From Thecamonas trahens ATCC 50062 (Eukaryota; Protista; Apusomonadida): 64,000 nucleotides of DNA. Numbering within the stretch: the first letter of the stretch is position 1; each line of letters opens with the position of its first letter. The DNA lies in contig NW_013657665.1 in NCBI RefSeq assembly GCF_000142905.1, positions 459,084-523,083 on the forward strand, read 5' to 3'. Below the pieces are notes generated by a model. That model did no database searches. It was given only the letters and a program-made list of their open reading frames with translations, and was not told where the DNA came from. This document shows, in pieces, positions 10,345 to 21,387 of the stretch. Position numbers and translations under genes: made by a program.

Positions 10345-13300
10345 TTACGACGATGACCGCTTGAGGAGAGCCTGAGCAAACTTGGCCACCTGCTCTTCGA
10401 CGCTATCGGTCTCGTTGACGCTTGCAAGAAAGTCTGTCGTGCTGCCCGAGAGGACCACCACTGACGAGCTGGAGGCCGAGCTAGCCGAGCCGGCCGAATC
10501 CGAGTGAGAGCCGGAGGCTACGCCCGAAGCCACTGAGCTGGCGTCGAGCTCGCCGGGATCAGTAAACTCGACCGACGAGTCGGACGACGACGAGCTCGGC
10601 AGTGCAAACTGCGACTCGACGTCGTCACTAATGTCGGAAAAGGCAGAGAGGCCCATGACACTGCTGCCGCGTGAGTCGCTCTCGTCGACAAGGTCCATGA
10701 CCTCGTTGGCGGCCGCGAGGGCGGCAGCAGCCTCAGCAGTCGCCTCTTCGGGTGAGCCTGACGCAAAACGCGGCGGTGACGACCCGGCTGTCGACGAGAA
10801 TGAAGCCGAGAGCGCGCTGGTGACCGCCGGTGAGAGCCGGATCGCCGAATGTGGCGACGAGAGGGCCGAGGTGGCTGGGGCCGCACGCGCGTGCGCGACA
10901 GCCGGGGGAGCAGCGAGCGCGGCGGCGGTCGCAGTGTCGTCGGCAGGATTGTCATCATCGGCGTAGTCGACCCACAGCGAGGCCTGGGTCGCGGTGGTGT
11001 TGTAGTCGGTGTCGATGGCCTGGCAGTTGACAATGGCAAACCGCAGCCGCTGCTCGAGCACCTCCTTGCAGCTGTACTGCGGGAGGTAGATGGAAAAGTT
11101 GCACGTGTTGGCGCGCGGGAAGCCGTCGGGCGCCTTGCTCGTCTCGACAGTAATCATAAACTGCTGGTTCCAGTCGGTGTCGCGGAGCGGGAGCCGGTTC
11201 CGACCCCAAACAAAGCGGAGGAAGAGCTGGCGCTCCGCCGGCGAAAACTCGCTCAGCACCTCCCACAGGTACTCGACAGTGGTCGACTCGCGACACTGTC
11301 CGTTGAACACCGTATGCCGCTTGAGCGTCTCCAGATTGACGTCTGGTGCGCCGCAGACAAGATACTCGAGGTCAGCTCCGGTGCAGAGAGAGAGCGACGA
11401 GAGCGGGACGACCGCACCCAGCCCGCGCCGCAGTGCCCGGATCTGACTCGCGCCGGTGGCGAGGTGCGCCTCCACCTGAAGCCGGGCAAACTCGACCCGC
11501 CGCTCGTACGTCACCTGTTCTTCGCGCCCGCCAGGCACAAGCTCGACTTCCTCGCCACTCGCCAGCACCGCGACAAACCGCTCGTCGAGCCATTCTTCAA
11601 ACACATCGCGCTTCATCGCCACCATCTCCCGCAGCGAGTTGACCAGCATCCGGTCTTGCGCCTCCAGGTCGGCCACGTCGACCCTTGCGCCCAGCATCCG
11701 CTTCCACACCGTCGGCGCCAGTGCCACAGGCATGTTCACATTTGTCCGCAGGCCCATGCCGAGCAGCGCGCCGGCAAACTCAAACATCGCCAGCTGAAGA
11801 TCGCTTGTCGCTCCCGAGTTGACCACGTACCTATCGCGGTTGATGCCGACACCGTTGACGCCGTTGGGCGAGAGCTCGAAGAGCGGTGTCACGTCTGACA
11901 TCAGGTCCGCGCACGCGAGCATCAGCGCCTCGCGGTACGGCCCGCCGCCGTCCATCGAGCCCTCACCGAGAAAGCCGATCTGGAACATGTTGTCATTCTT
12001 GCCGCCGCGCAGCGCGCTGTAGTCGAGGTGCCGCAGCTGCGAAAAGAGCTGGCCAAAGATCGAGTTGAGCCCGTCGCTATCTTCGGCCCGCGCCTTTTCG
12101 ACCGTGCCACAACCCGCGCCTTAGCCCGATTGACGTTGACCCGCAAGTACGTCGCCGGCGCCGCCGCCCCCATCGTTCGCACCAGAAGCGCGAGCTTGAT
12201 CTCGGCAAAGATAACGCCTCGCAGGTAGTCCACTACCTGCGGCGCATCCACCTCGCTCACACACGCCGCAAGCACGTTCCACTCGGCCGGCTCGTCGCGA
12301 CTACCGCGCCGCGACGGGATGACTGCCGCCCCAACTTGGTTGAACAGCCGCACGAGTACAAACCGCGCCCGGAGAACCTCACTGGAAATCCCACTCAGCG
12401 CTGGCAGCTGCGCAGTCTCTTCGGCGCTCAGCTCGAGAGCCGCCGCGTCCAGCGCTGCCGTCGGCACGCCCCACCGCCGCGCCTGCGCAGACGCAAGCTC
12501 AACGAGCTCCTCGTCGGCGCGCAGTGACCAGGCTACCGGATCGGCAGCGCCCGGCGCACCGCTTCCGATGCGGAACGCGCTCCACAGCACGTCCCGCATT
12601 TGCTCCCGCACCTCGAGTGCCGCCACGCTCCAATTGTCGGCAGAGCCCACGCGCGCGAACGGGTGCTTGGGGTGTGCGCTCGCCAGGCTACCGCCCATCT
12701 CGAGCAACAGCGCATGGTCGAGTACAGTCTCTGGGAGCAGACCCGGCGCCGCCTGCGCCAGCACCTCGGCCTCCTTCCGGCTCATCATGTCGGCAAACGG
12801 CGAGGCGTACGGCGGCGCAGAGACCACAAGATATCGCCCGAGTGCGAGCGCGGCATCCGAGTCGGGCGCGACCGAGAACCCGAGCTCGGAGCGCGGGATC
12901 GAGCTCACCGCTCTTCCGTGAGAAGAAGAGACCGATGAACCCATGCCATAGTAGCCACCACCATTCCCGCCGCTCGGGCCCCCACCGCCAAAGTATGCAG
13001 AGTACGGGCCGGGCCCGGAGCTATACGGCGAGCTCGACGAACCAAAGGCCGACCGCATCCCGCCGCGCATCATGCTCGACGGCGATGGCTCGGACGAGCC
13101 GGGCTGAAACGCCACAACAGGGTGCGACGGTGGGTGTGCCCCCGATGAAAAGCACATCTCGCACAGCACCATGCCGCGACAAAGAGAGCACCGATACGCC
13201 GGCATCCCGGTCCGACACACGCGGCACCCACCGCTCCCCCGCGCCGAGCTCGATCCGCCCCCACCGTACATTCCGCTTCCGCTCCGCCGCCCACTCAGCG

Positions 13301-13477
13301 CACCGCCACTTCCGAACGCCGCCGCCGCAGAGCCAGCTGCCGTCGGCGTCGGCATCGGCGATGAGTACGCACCGGCGGAACTCCCAGGCACTGATCCGAA
13401 AAATTGCCGCTGCTCGGCCCAGCCCGCGACCGCCCGCCGCCACCAAAGCCTCCGTGCGGCCCATACCCGGGATACAT
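10345..13477 (-). CDS. ZZ zinc-finger + HECT E3 ubiquitin ligase (HERC-like HECT); frame break near 12095 and probably near 13400
   Basis: CRVC...YRCSLC...LCEMCF...H...H ZZ finger; SIFGQLF...FLGEGSMDGGGPYRE; FLRFVWGRNRLP; catalytic PRANTCNFSIYLPQY. Two ORFs are joined by restoring one base. Confidence 0.85.
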
Positions 13478-13913
13478 ATCCCAGAGCCGGTCCTGTACCT
13501 CCCGTCACCAAAGCAAGCCCCCCCCACCCCCCCACCAGACCGTGTCCGCATGAGTCGCCCTGCACCCTCTCGCCCAACAGTGCATGCCCACCCACCCGCC
13601 TGCCCACACTCTGCGCATGTCCCCGCTGATCTCGCCCCAAACAGAAGCTACGGCTCTGCACAGCAGGCACCCACCACAGGCAGCCGCTAGCAGGGTACAT
13701 TCAGCAGAATGCACGTGCAGGAGCAGTGGGCTGGCGCTGGTGCAATGGCCATGCTTCACCCGAGCCGTACCTGTCGCGGCGGAGTGAGCTGGTTTGGTCG
13801 GCCAACTGGCGTGTTGCTCCGCGCGCCTGGCCCCGGACTTGCCTTGCCCGCCTTCGACCAGCAACCCAGCCCATTATATGATCCATTTATCGCGAACCAC
13901 ACCACGCAAAACT

Positions 13914-15936
13914 TTATATAGACGATGATCCCGAGCCGCTGCTACTGCCATCAGTGGAAGAGCTTTCGCTCGAGCCTGAGCCCGAGTCCGAGCCCGAGCC
14001 CGAGCCTGAGCCCGAGTCCGAGCCCGACGAGCCGCTTGACGCCGAGTCGGCGCTTCGCAGCGAACTCTGCTCATCAGCCTCGGTGATGGGAGAAGCAGCG
14101 AGCGAAGAGGGGCGGCTTCCGGCGTAGTGCTCGGAGGGAGCCTCGACATCGGACTTGACCGACGACATGTACGGATGGTTGAGCGCTTGGGAGGCGGTGA
14201 GGCGCTCGGCCGGGTCGATGCGGAGGAGCTTGGCGATGAGGTCAAGAGCGCGCGGGTCGACGTTGGCGGCATGGGGCGAAAAGTCGCGGAGCGGAATGGC
14301 ACTCCGCGGGAGCGTAGCGTCTGATTTGAGGCGCGAGGCCTTGAGTCCGTGGTTCGCGGATGCCGACTTGAGCGAGTACTTTTTGACAAAGGCGGCGTAG
14401 GCGTCGGTGCCGAGGAGCGAGATGATGGCGCGGAGATTTGCGGGGTGGGTGAGGTCGGGCGCCGACTTGCTCTTGAGCGGCATGATAAAGTGCTTGTGGA
14501 TGAGGGCACGGGCGAGCATGACGCCTGCAGCCCACATGTCGACGGCGTAGTCGAAGCGCGGGTAGTGGAGGAGAACTTCGGGCGCCTTGTACGTGGGTGT
14601 CCCCATCCAGCGCCGCTTGGGGCGAGTCAAGCGATGGTGGATAGCGTGGCCAAAGTCGATGAGCCGCAGCGACTTGGTGCTTGCATTGAAAATGACGTTG
14701 CCATTCTTGACGTCACCGTGGATGATGTTCCGCGAGTGGCAGTACTCGAGAGCAATGAGGAGCTTGCAAAAGTAGAATTGGGCCTGGCATGCTGTGAGGC
14801 GCGAGAAAGAGCGTCCGACCTGTGATGGCGAGCCGATCGACTCGAGGATGAGGATGTGCTCGTCGTCGGTCTTGATCATGTCAAGCAGCGAAATGACGTT
14901 GGGTCCCGAGTGGACCCGCTGAAGGATGGCGGCTTCGCGGGCATCGGCCGCGGTTTTGGTCACCTTGACCACCACCGGCTCGCCAGTCTCTTTGTCGGTG
15001 CCACGAAAGACAAACGACTGCCCACCCTCGCCCATCGATTGCGACCGGTCGATGCGGTACCGCTTGAGGCTCCGCGTCCAGCGGAACGGGGTAAGCCTGC
15101 GCTGGTGAAGCCGATCCGAGAAGAGCTGGCAGTGGGAGCCACGCGAGCTGCGCCGCGAGTCGCGAGCCAGCGGCGACGGCGATCCAACGCGCCGATGCAC
15201 AGACTCGGACCGGGCGCGGCGAGAAGCCCGGCCTCCACCGATGGCACTTTTGGGCCTGGACCTTGCCTTGGACTTGGACTTGGATTTGTCTTTGTCTTTG
15301 TCCTTGTCTTTGTCCTTGGCCTTTGCCTTTGCCTCCCGGCGGCGGGATGACGAGGTCAGAGCCAACCTGTCCATCGCCATCGCGGCTGCAACCAGGTTAT
15401 GCGGGCCGTCGGGCTCGGTGGTCGAGGCGGCTGTTGCCGTGGTCGCGGTCACCGAGTCGGACGAAAACGAGCCCGAGTACGACGACGCCGAGCCTGAGAC
15501 GTCTGATGAGTCCGACGAGTCGGAGGTCGAGTCCGGGTGCGAGCTCGAGCTCGACGAGCCGGCCGACTCATCCGAGACGGTCTCTAGGCAGCGGACATGC
15601 GAGGCACCAGCATTCCATGACGTGCTTCCTGTGTGCGATCGGACGCGCCGATGCCTGTCCACCCGCCGCCTAGTTTTGGCGACGGACCGCGGCTGCGGCG
15701 CGCCCCACTCCATTGAGCCGCCAAAGCCCGACCTCGACATGGTCCTCTTGGACGACCGCGAGGTCGAGAGCGACCTTCTCCCACCCACGACCGGACTGTA
15801 CCTCACATCATCCACCCCATGTGATCCTTAGTGAGTTTGTGGTGGTCTGGACAGGCAGCCATGCAGGAGCCCGCAGCGGTGCGGGAGGCGGCAGCCGCAG
15901 GTACGTACCTCTGCTCGTCGGACGAGTACGACTCAT
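13914..15936 (-). CDS. Divergent CK2-alpha-like (CMGC-related) Ser/Thr kinase with long Ser/Arg/Lys-rich N-terminus; intron 15827-15908
   Basis: GEGGQSFV, VVVK, GPNVISLLD, LEYCHSRNIIHGDVKNGNV, LRLIDFG, YKAPEVLL, DYAVDMW. Exon 1 MSRTRPTSR joins in phase 1. Confidence 0.85.
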
Positions 15937-15973
15937 GCGACGAGGGAAAGGCGCCCCAGAGGAAGGAGCCCTG

Positions 15974-15979
15974 TTTATA
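15974..15979 (-). promoter_or_regulatory. Candidate TATA box (TATAAA)
   Basis: TATAAA about 40 nt upstream of the kinase ATG (15936) in otherwise GC-rich sequence. Confidence 0.4.
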
Positions 15980-16260
15980 GGCGGCCATAGCGATGTCTGG
16001 GGATGGGCTGGACAGGCGAGTGGATGACTGGCGGTGTGTGGCCGATTGCTGGGATTCCCTATCGCCCTACACGACTAGTGCGGTGTGGCTGCAGTGTGGT
16101 GACGGTGAGTGGTGAGTGACGGTGAGTGGCGAGTGACGACTCGCCTTGGCCAGCCAGCCTGCCCGCCGGCCAACTGTGGTGACCTTCAGGTGGCTCCGAG
16201 CCAAGGCGACACAGCCATAGCCATAGCCATTGCCGCACACCTCACCCCAACCCGGCTTCC

Positions 16261-18141
16261 ATGGCTGCACCTCCACCACCGCCATCAAGCACACTCACCG
16301 CAGCGTACGCCCATCCGCCGCTGCCGCCACTACCGGTCCCACCGCTGGAAAAGACGCTGGCACGGTGGCTGGACTCGCTGGCGCCGCCGCTCTCTGACGC
16401 TGCCATCGCCGAGGCCAAAGACGCTGTGGAGGCATGTCTCGCATGCGAGGACGTGCGCGCAGCGCAGGCACGGCTGGAGGAGCGTGCGGTGAGCGAGCCG
16501 TCGTGGCTCGATGACTGGTGGCTGACCGGGGCATACACCAGCTGGCCGAGTCCGACTCCGTACCTCTCCAACTACTTTATCGGCTACCCGGCCGAGGCGC
16601 TGCCGGAGGCGTTGCGCGGATCGCAAGCGGCAGCAAGTGCATACATGGCCGCCGGCTTTGTAGCATTTTTCGCCAAGCTCGCTGCAGGCCGGATCCCGCG
16701 CGAGTACATGGGCCGCAAGCCGCGCATCCCACTCTCGATGCACCAGTACGCCGCGCTGTGGGGCACTACCCGGATCCCAGGCGAGGCTGGTGACTCGCTA
16801 CTGGCATCACGCCATGCTGGTGATCTTCAGCTCCCGGTCAAGGCACTGGTCATCTCTCCGGCCGGCTACTTTATTGTCACCCTTGCTCCGGCGCTGTCGG
16901 AGGACTGCCCGGTCGACATGGCAGCGCTGGCAGCGACGCTAGAGGCCCTTGCGCGTCTACCCCCAGTTGACGAGCTCGATGCGTCAGCACGGATCCTGGG
17001 TGAGCTCTCTGCCGGCGAGCGGCCGAACTGGGCACAAGCGCGGACGCTCCTGCTCGAGCACGAGCCCGCAATCAACGGGCCAGCTCTCGACGCCATCGCC
17101 GACACAGCGCTCGCCATTGTTCTCGACCCACACGAGCCGGACAGCACTCTCGACGCGACACGGACCGCGGCCGGAGGCGATGCGTCGCTTCGCATGTTTG
17201 ACAAGACCATTCAGATCATCGCGTACGGCAACGGCATCATCGGCGTCAACGGCGAGCACTCCCCGGCCGATGCCATCTCGACCGTCTACGTCTTTAACGA
17301 CATCCACACCGCCGAGCCGCCACCAGCGCTGCTGCACTGGCTTGCTACGCCGTCCCACGCGCCGCGCAAGACAAACGTGACCCTCGCCGTGGCGCCCGTC
17401 CGGCTCGCGGTCCCGCGGCAGGCGCTCGCGCCTGTACTCGTCGCGGCACGGACCTCGTTTGCCACCGCCTCGGAGGACTTTGACGAGGATTTGCTCTTCT
17501 ACAACACCTTTGGTCACGACGCACTCAAAGCCGGGCGGACATCGCCAGACGCGTTTATTCAGATGGCCATTGGCCTGGCGTACTTCCGGCTCCATGGCAA
17601 GCACGCGGTGACGTACGAGACCGGACAGACGCGGCAGTTTGCGCTCGGGCGGACCGAGACGGTTCGAGCAGCAAGCTCGGAGCGGGCGGCGTTCATCGAG
17701 GCCATGGGCGCGCCCGACGCCACCGTGACCGAAAAGCGAGCTGCACTCGACGCCGCCATCAAACGGCACCTTGCGCTGCTGAAAGACGCGTGCTTTGGTG
17801 CAGGTGTCGATCGGCACTTGCTGGGCCTGCGGATGGCGTGCTCTGAGCTCGGACTCCCGCTCCCGGAGCTTTTCTCCACCGAGGCCTTTATCACCTCGTC
17901 GCAGTGGGTCATCTCGTCGTCGAACACCAACCCTGCACCGTTTCCGCGCATCGGCGGCTTTGGTCCTGTCGTCCACCCGCACGGCTACGGCATCTGCTAC
18001 TCGACACTCCCGGACATGATTTGCGTCAACATCACGTCGTGGCGGTCGAGCGAAGAGACATCGTCGGCAGCCATGCGCAAGGCGCTTGCGGGAGCCTTTA
18101 CCGATGTCGGTGCGTTGGTGGTCAACGTGCCTAAGCTGTAA
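16261..18141 (+). CDS. Carnitine/choline O-acyltransferase family protein, probably peroxisomal
   Basis: LPPLPVPPLEKTL, SWLDDWW, catalytic GEHSPADA, SPDAFIQMAIGLAY, TYETGQTRQFALGRTETVR, GVDRHLLGL, GYGICY; C-terminal PKL resembles PTS1. Confidence 0.92.
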   Translation: MAAPPPPPSSTLTAAYAHPPLPPLPVPPLEKTLARWLDSLAPPLSDAAIAEAKDAVEACLACEDVRAAQARLEERAVSEPSWLDDWWLTGAYTSWPSPTPYLSNYFIGYPAEALPEALRGSQAAASAYMAAGFVAFFAKLAAGRIPREYMGRKPRIPLSMHQYAALWGTTRIPGEAGDSLLASRHAGDLQLPVKALVISPAGYFIVTLAPALSEDCPVDMAALAATLEALARLPPVDELDASARILGELSAGERPNWAQARTLLLEHEPAINGPALDAIADTALAIVLDPHEPDSTLDATRTAAGGDASLRMFDKTIQIIAYGNGIIGVNGEHSPADAISTVYVFNDIHTAEPPPALLHWLATPSHAPRKTNVTLAVAPVRLAVPRQALAPVLVAARTSFATASEDFDEDLLFYNTFGHDALKAGRTSPDAFIQMAIGLAYFRLHGKHAVTYETGQTRQFALGRTETVRAASSERAAFIEAMGAPDATVTEKRAALDAAIKRHLALLKDACFGAGVDRHLLGLRMACSELGLPLPELFSTEAFITSSQWVISSSNTNPAPFPRIGGFGPVVHPHGYGICYSTLPDMICVNITSWRSSEETSSAAMRKALAGAFTDVGALVVNVPKL

Positions 18142-18240
18142 ACTCACCATGGTCGCGGCTAGGGGAGCCGGCGGCCGCCGACGTCGGGCCAAAGCCGACG
18201 ACAAGGGGCCACACTCGAGGCAGCAAGGAGCACTTCTTCC

Positions 18241-20307
18241 ATGGCTGCCCCCCTCCACAGAGCTATATTCGAGGGCCGACCGGAGCAGGTGCGGCTGCTG
18301 GTGGCCCGCAGCGGGCCGGGCCTGCGCCTGGGCTTGTCCCGGACACCGGCGCTGTATGCGGCAGCGGTGGCGGGCGACATGAACTGCGTCATGACGCTGC
18401 TGGCAAGCGCCCAGGAGGCCGATGACGCGTCGGTGCTCTCGCTCCCGCGCGGCGACGGCGAGACTGCCCTACATGCGGCAGCTGCCCGTGGCCACAACGA
18501 GGTTGTCGGCCTCCTCCTTGCCATGGACGCCGCACCCGACACACCCGGCGGGGTCCTGGCCGCCACTCCGCTGTGGCTCGCTGCCCGCGCCGGACACACC
18601 GCCGTTGCCGAGATGCTGCTCAACGCTGGCGCGAATCCGTCAGCATGTGCTGCAGGCCGCGTCTCGGTCATGGGTGCCGCCGCCCGTTCCGGCGAGCCTG
18701 GCCTGGTCTCGCTGCTGCTGCGGTACGACGCCGACGTGGCGACTCCGGACGACCTTGGCTTTGCTCCGGTCCACGCCGCAGTCATGTCGCACGCACGTGG
18801 CGCCATTGGCGTCCTTAGCGTGCTGCTCGAGGCGCTGAGTGGCGTTTTGCATGTTCCGCGAGCCGCAGATCGCGCAAGAAGCTCGCTAATGCATCTGGCG
18901 GCCCGATACCGGCGATGGGAAAACGTGGCGCACTTGGTAGCAGTGGCAGGCGATGGCGCTTTCGGCGTACTGTCTGCCTGTGACGCGGATGGGTGCCGCC
19001 CAGTCGACCTGCTCACCGCGCCCGAGCCAGCCAGCAGCCTGCTGCACGCTCTCATCCGCCAGCGGCTTGTTGCTGTGATACATGTCTGGCTTGCCGGCCT
19101 TGCCGAGGCGGGCGAGACCGAGGCACTGGACGCCGCGGTCTCCGTCCGTGAGAGCCGAAGCGGAAACACACCGCTTCACGCGGTGGCGAGCCTCGATGAC
19201 GCCCGCGGGGCGGACGTGGCTTCTTCCATCCTGGCTCATGCTCCTGGTGTCGACATTGACACCGCCAACCACAACGGCGACGCTGCGCTGGCGCTGGCGG
19301 CGCTGTTCCGGCGGCAGGCAACGGTGGAGACGCTTCTTGAGGCCGGTGCTGATCCGGACGCCACGAATGTGCGCGGATGGACCGCGCTCGACTATGCCGT
19401 CTCCAACTCGGACCTGGACATTATGCGGCTGCTGCTTGCAAAGCGCGATGCGAGCAAGCCGCTCGCGGCACGGTACATGGTCAAGGCCATCCAACGCAAC
19501 GCCGCCAATGTTATGAGAGTCTTGATTGGTGCTGGCGCACCCAAAGATGCTGCGGTGTCGTGGACAGGCGCCGGGAATGGCTCCGACGTGGCGCAGGTCT
19601 CGCTCGTCGGCTTGGCTGCGGTCGAGCGGGCGTACGCTGCTCTGCGGCTGCTGCTCTCCACAGGCGCGAGCGTCGATCTGGCTGGCACAATCCACCCGCT
19701 TGTGGCACTCCTCCGAGCGCGGCCGGTGGTGGAGGGCGGCAGCATTGCGGTCCGAGGCAGCGGAGGCGGCGCGAGTGCGAGCAAGAGCGTGAGTTTGTCC
19801 GGCGACAGCCAGCTCAAGCGCTCGCTCTCGGGATCGACTTCGTTCGACTCCCCACACGCGCTGGCAGAGGGGAGGCGTCGCGGGTCCAGCGGCGGGCGGC
19901 GTGGCGGCGCCGGCGGCGAGCGGTCGGCGACGCTGCCGCGAGCCTCCGAGGGCCGGGCGCCGATTGCCGAGCTGAACACTATGGCAGCGCTCATCCTCCG
20001 CAACACACTCCCGCACCGCAAGCGTAAGTCGAACAAGAGCGCTGCGCTGTCGGATGCAACGCTTGCGGTGCTCTCGAACGCGCTCGGCGCGGCGCTGGAG
20101 GCCGGCTACGACCAGATTGTCGCCGACTTGCTCAAGGCTGGCGCGCCGTACGATGAGCCGCTTGCGGCGCACGGAGGTCGAACCGGGCTAGAGCTGGCAC
20201 GGACGCCGTACGCGCAACACAGCGTCAACGCGCGCCAGGCGTCAGATCTTCTACTTGGGCGCGATTTCAGGCAAGGGCGCGATGAGAGCTCGACGAGCAA
20301 GAAGTGA
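18241..20307 (+). CDS. Ankyrin repeat protein
   Basis: Multiple ankyrin repeats (GETALHAAAARGH, TPLWLAARAGH, GNTPLHAVA, GWTALDYAV). Confidence 0.88.
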   Translation: MAAPLHRAIFEGRPEQVRLLVARSGPGLRLGLSRTPALYAAAVAGDMNCVMTLLASAQEADDASVLSLPRGDGETALHAAAARGHNEVVGLLLAMDAAPDTPGGVLAATPLWLAARAGHTAVAEMLLNAGANPSACAAGRVSVMGAAARSGEPGLVSLLLRYDADVATPDDLGFAPVHAAVMSHARGAIGVLSVLLEALSGVLHVPRAADRARSSLMHLAARYRRWENVAHLVAVAGDGAFGVLSACDADGCRPVDLLTAPEPASSLLHALIRQRLVAVIHVWLAGLAEAGETEALDAAVSVRESRSGNTPLHAVASLDDARGADVASSILAHAPGVDIDTANHNGDAALALAALFRRQATVETLLEAGADPDATNVRGWTALDYAVSNSDLDIMRLLLAKRDASKPLAARYMVKAIQRNAANVMRVLIGAGAPKDAAVSWTGAGNGSDVAQVSLVGLAAVERAYAALRLLLSTGASVDLAGTIHPLVALLRARPVVEGGSIAVRGSGGGASASKSVSLSGDSQLKRSLSGSTSFDSPHALAEGRRRGSSGGRRGGAGGERSATLPRASEGRAPIAELNTMAALILRNTLPHRKRKSNKSAALSDATLAVLSNALGAALEAGYDQIVADLLKAGAPYDEPLAAHGGRTGLELARTPYAQHSVNARQASDLLLGRDFRQGRDESSTSKK

Positions 20308-20413
20308 CCAAGTGTCGTGGTCAGGTCAGATCGGGTGCCTCGAGGGAGTAGGCCGGGACTGGGTTTGGCGCGAGACAGGAGGATGCGGACCAGACTGCTC
20401 CCTCGAGACGCCA

Positions 20414-20464
20414 ATGGGTGAGAAAGCAGAGGCGTTGCGGCGCGGGTTTTCATTGTATGTTAAC

Positions 20465-20533
<69 letters not shown>

Positions 20534-21079
20534 TGGGGAGCAGGAGGAGGGGCAGGGGGACGGGGGAGGTGGGCGGCGGAACACGCGGAGACTTGCCCCT
20601 CCTCCCCGGCTGAAGGGTCGCCCATGGCCGAGGCTCACTCACACTCGCACCACTTCCACGCGGACAGAGGGAGCCTGGAGCTGAAGGACGCCGAGAGTGG
20701 CGAGGTGTACTGGCAGTCGCAGTGGGATGTCGATCGGGTGTTTGATGAGGAGCAGGTTGCGCGGGTGCCAGCGCGGCTGCTGGCGGCCAAAGCGGTGTCG
20801 CGCGAGATTGTGTTCTCGTCTGTGGAGATGATGCAGGCCTTTCGGGTGGAGCAAGAAGTCTCGCTACACGGATCGATCATCGAGGAGTTCCACTTTGAGT
20901 TTGGCTTTGTCATCCCCAACTCGACAAACACGTGGTCGACAACGCTCGTCGCCGCAGACGCGGCAGACATGCTCCCTGCTGACGTTCTCTCCGGCAATGT
21001 TGTCATCGAGACCCGCTTTTACGACGCGGAGCTTCTCATCGCCACCTCGCTCGTCCGAGTCTTCTATGATGCCGATTGA
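20414..21079 (+). CDS. PDE6D: PDE6-delta prenyl-binding protein; intron 20455-20667
   Basis: Spliced MGEKAEALRRGFSL-GSLELKDAESG...ARVP...AVSREIVFSS...FEFGFVIPNSTNTW...LSGNVVIETRFYD. Confidence 0.93.
20467..20531. repeat. (TG)n microsatellite in the PDE6D intron
   Basis: About 32 TG units. Confidence 0.95.
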
Positions 21080-21387
21080 GACGAGATGTGGCGACAAGGA
21101 AGGGTAGCTGCTTGGTGCAGCCCGATGGATGCGGCCTCATGTATGCATGGCGTCTCGACGGCCATGAAAAGCTAAAAATCAAGCGGTGTGGCCTGTGGTG
21201 TGGCGGCAAGTGAGGCCAGGAGAGTGGTTGGCAATTGGGAGCCTCTGCATCCGGTCGATGGGCGTGTCTGGCGGACGGGAGGCAGCGCGGGCGGCCAGGC
21301 CACGGGTGGCGAGCTAGTGGAGGCGCAACACGTGTCTTTAACGTCGAGGAGCAGGTGGGCAGGCAAATAGGGCCACGGCATACGAGC

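Noticed and set aside
12094-12113. 20-nt GT-AG micro-intron (GTTGTG...AAAG on the minus strand) that would fix the HECT frame
   Set aside because: Donor is not GTAY and there is no branch motif; one missing base in the A4 run is simpler and matches the other breaks
20255-20667. Poly-(Cys-Val) N-terminal extension of PDE6D
   Set aside because: It is the (TG)n microsatellite inside a 213-nt stop-free intron
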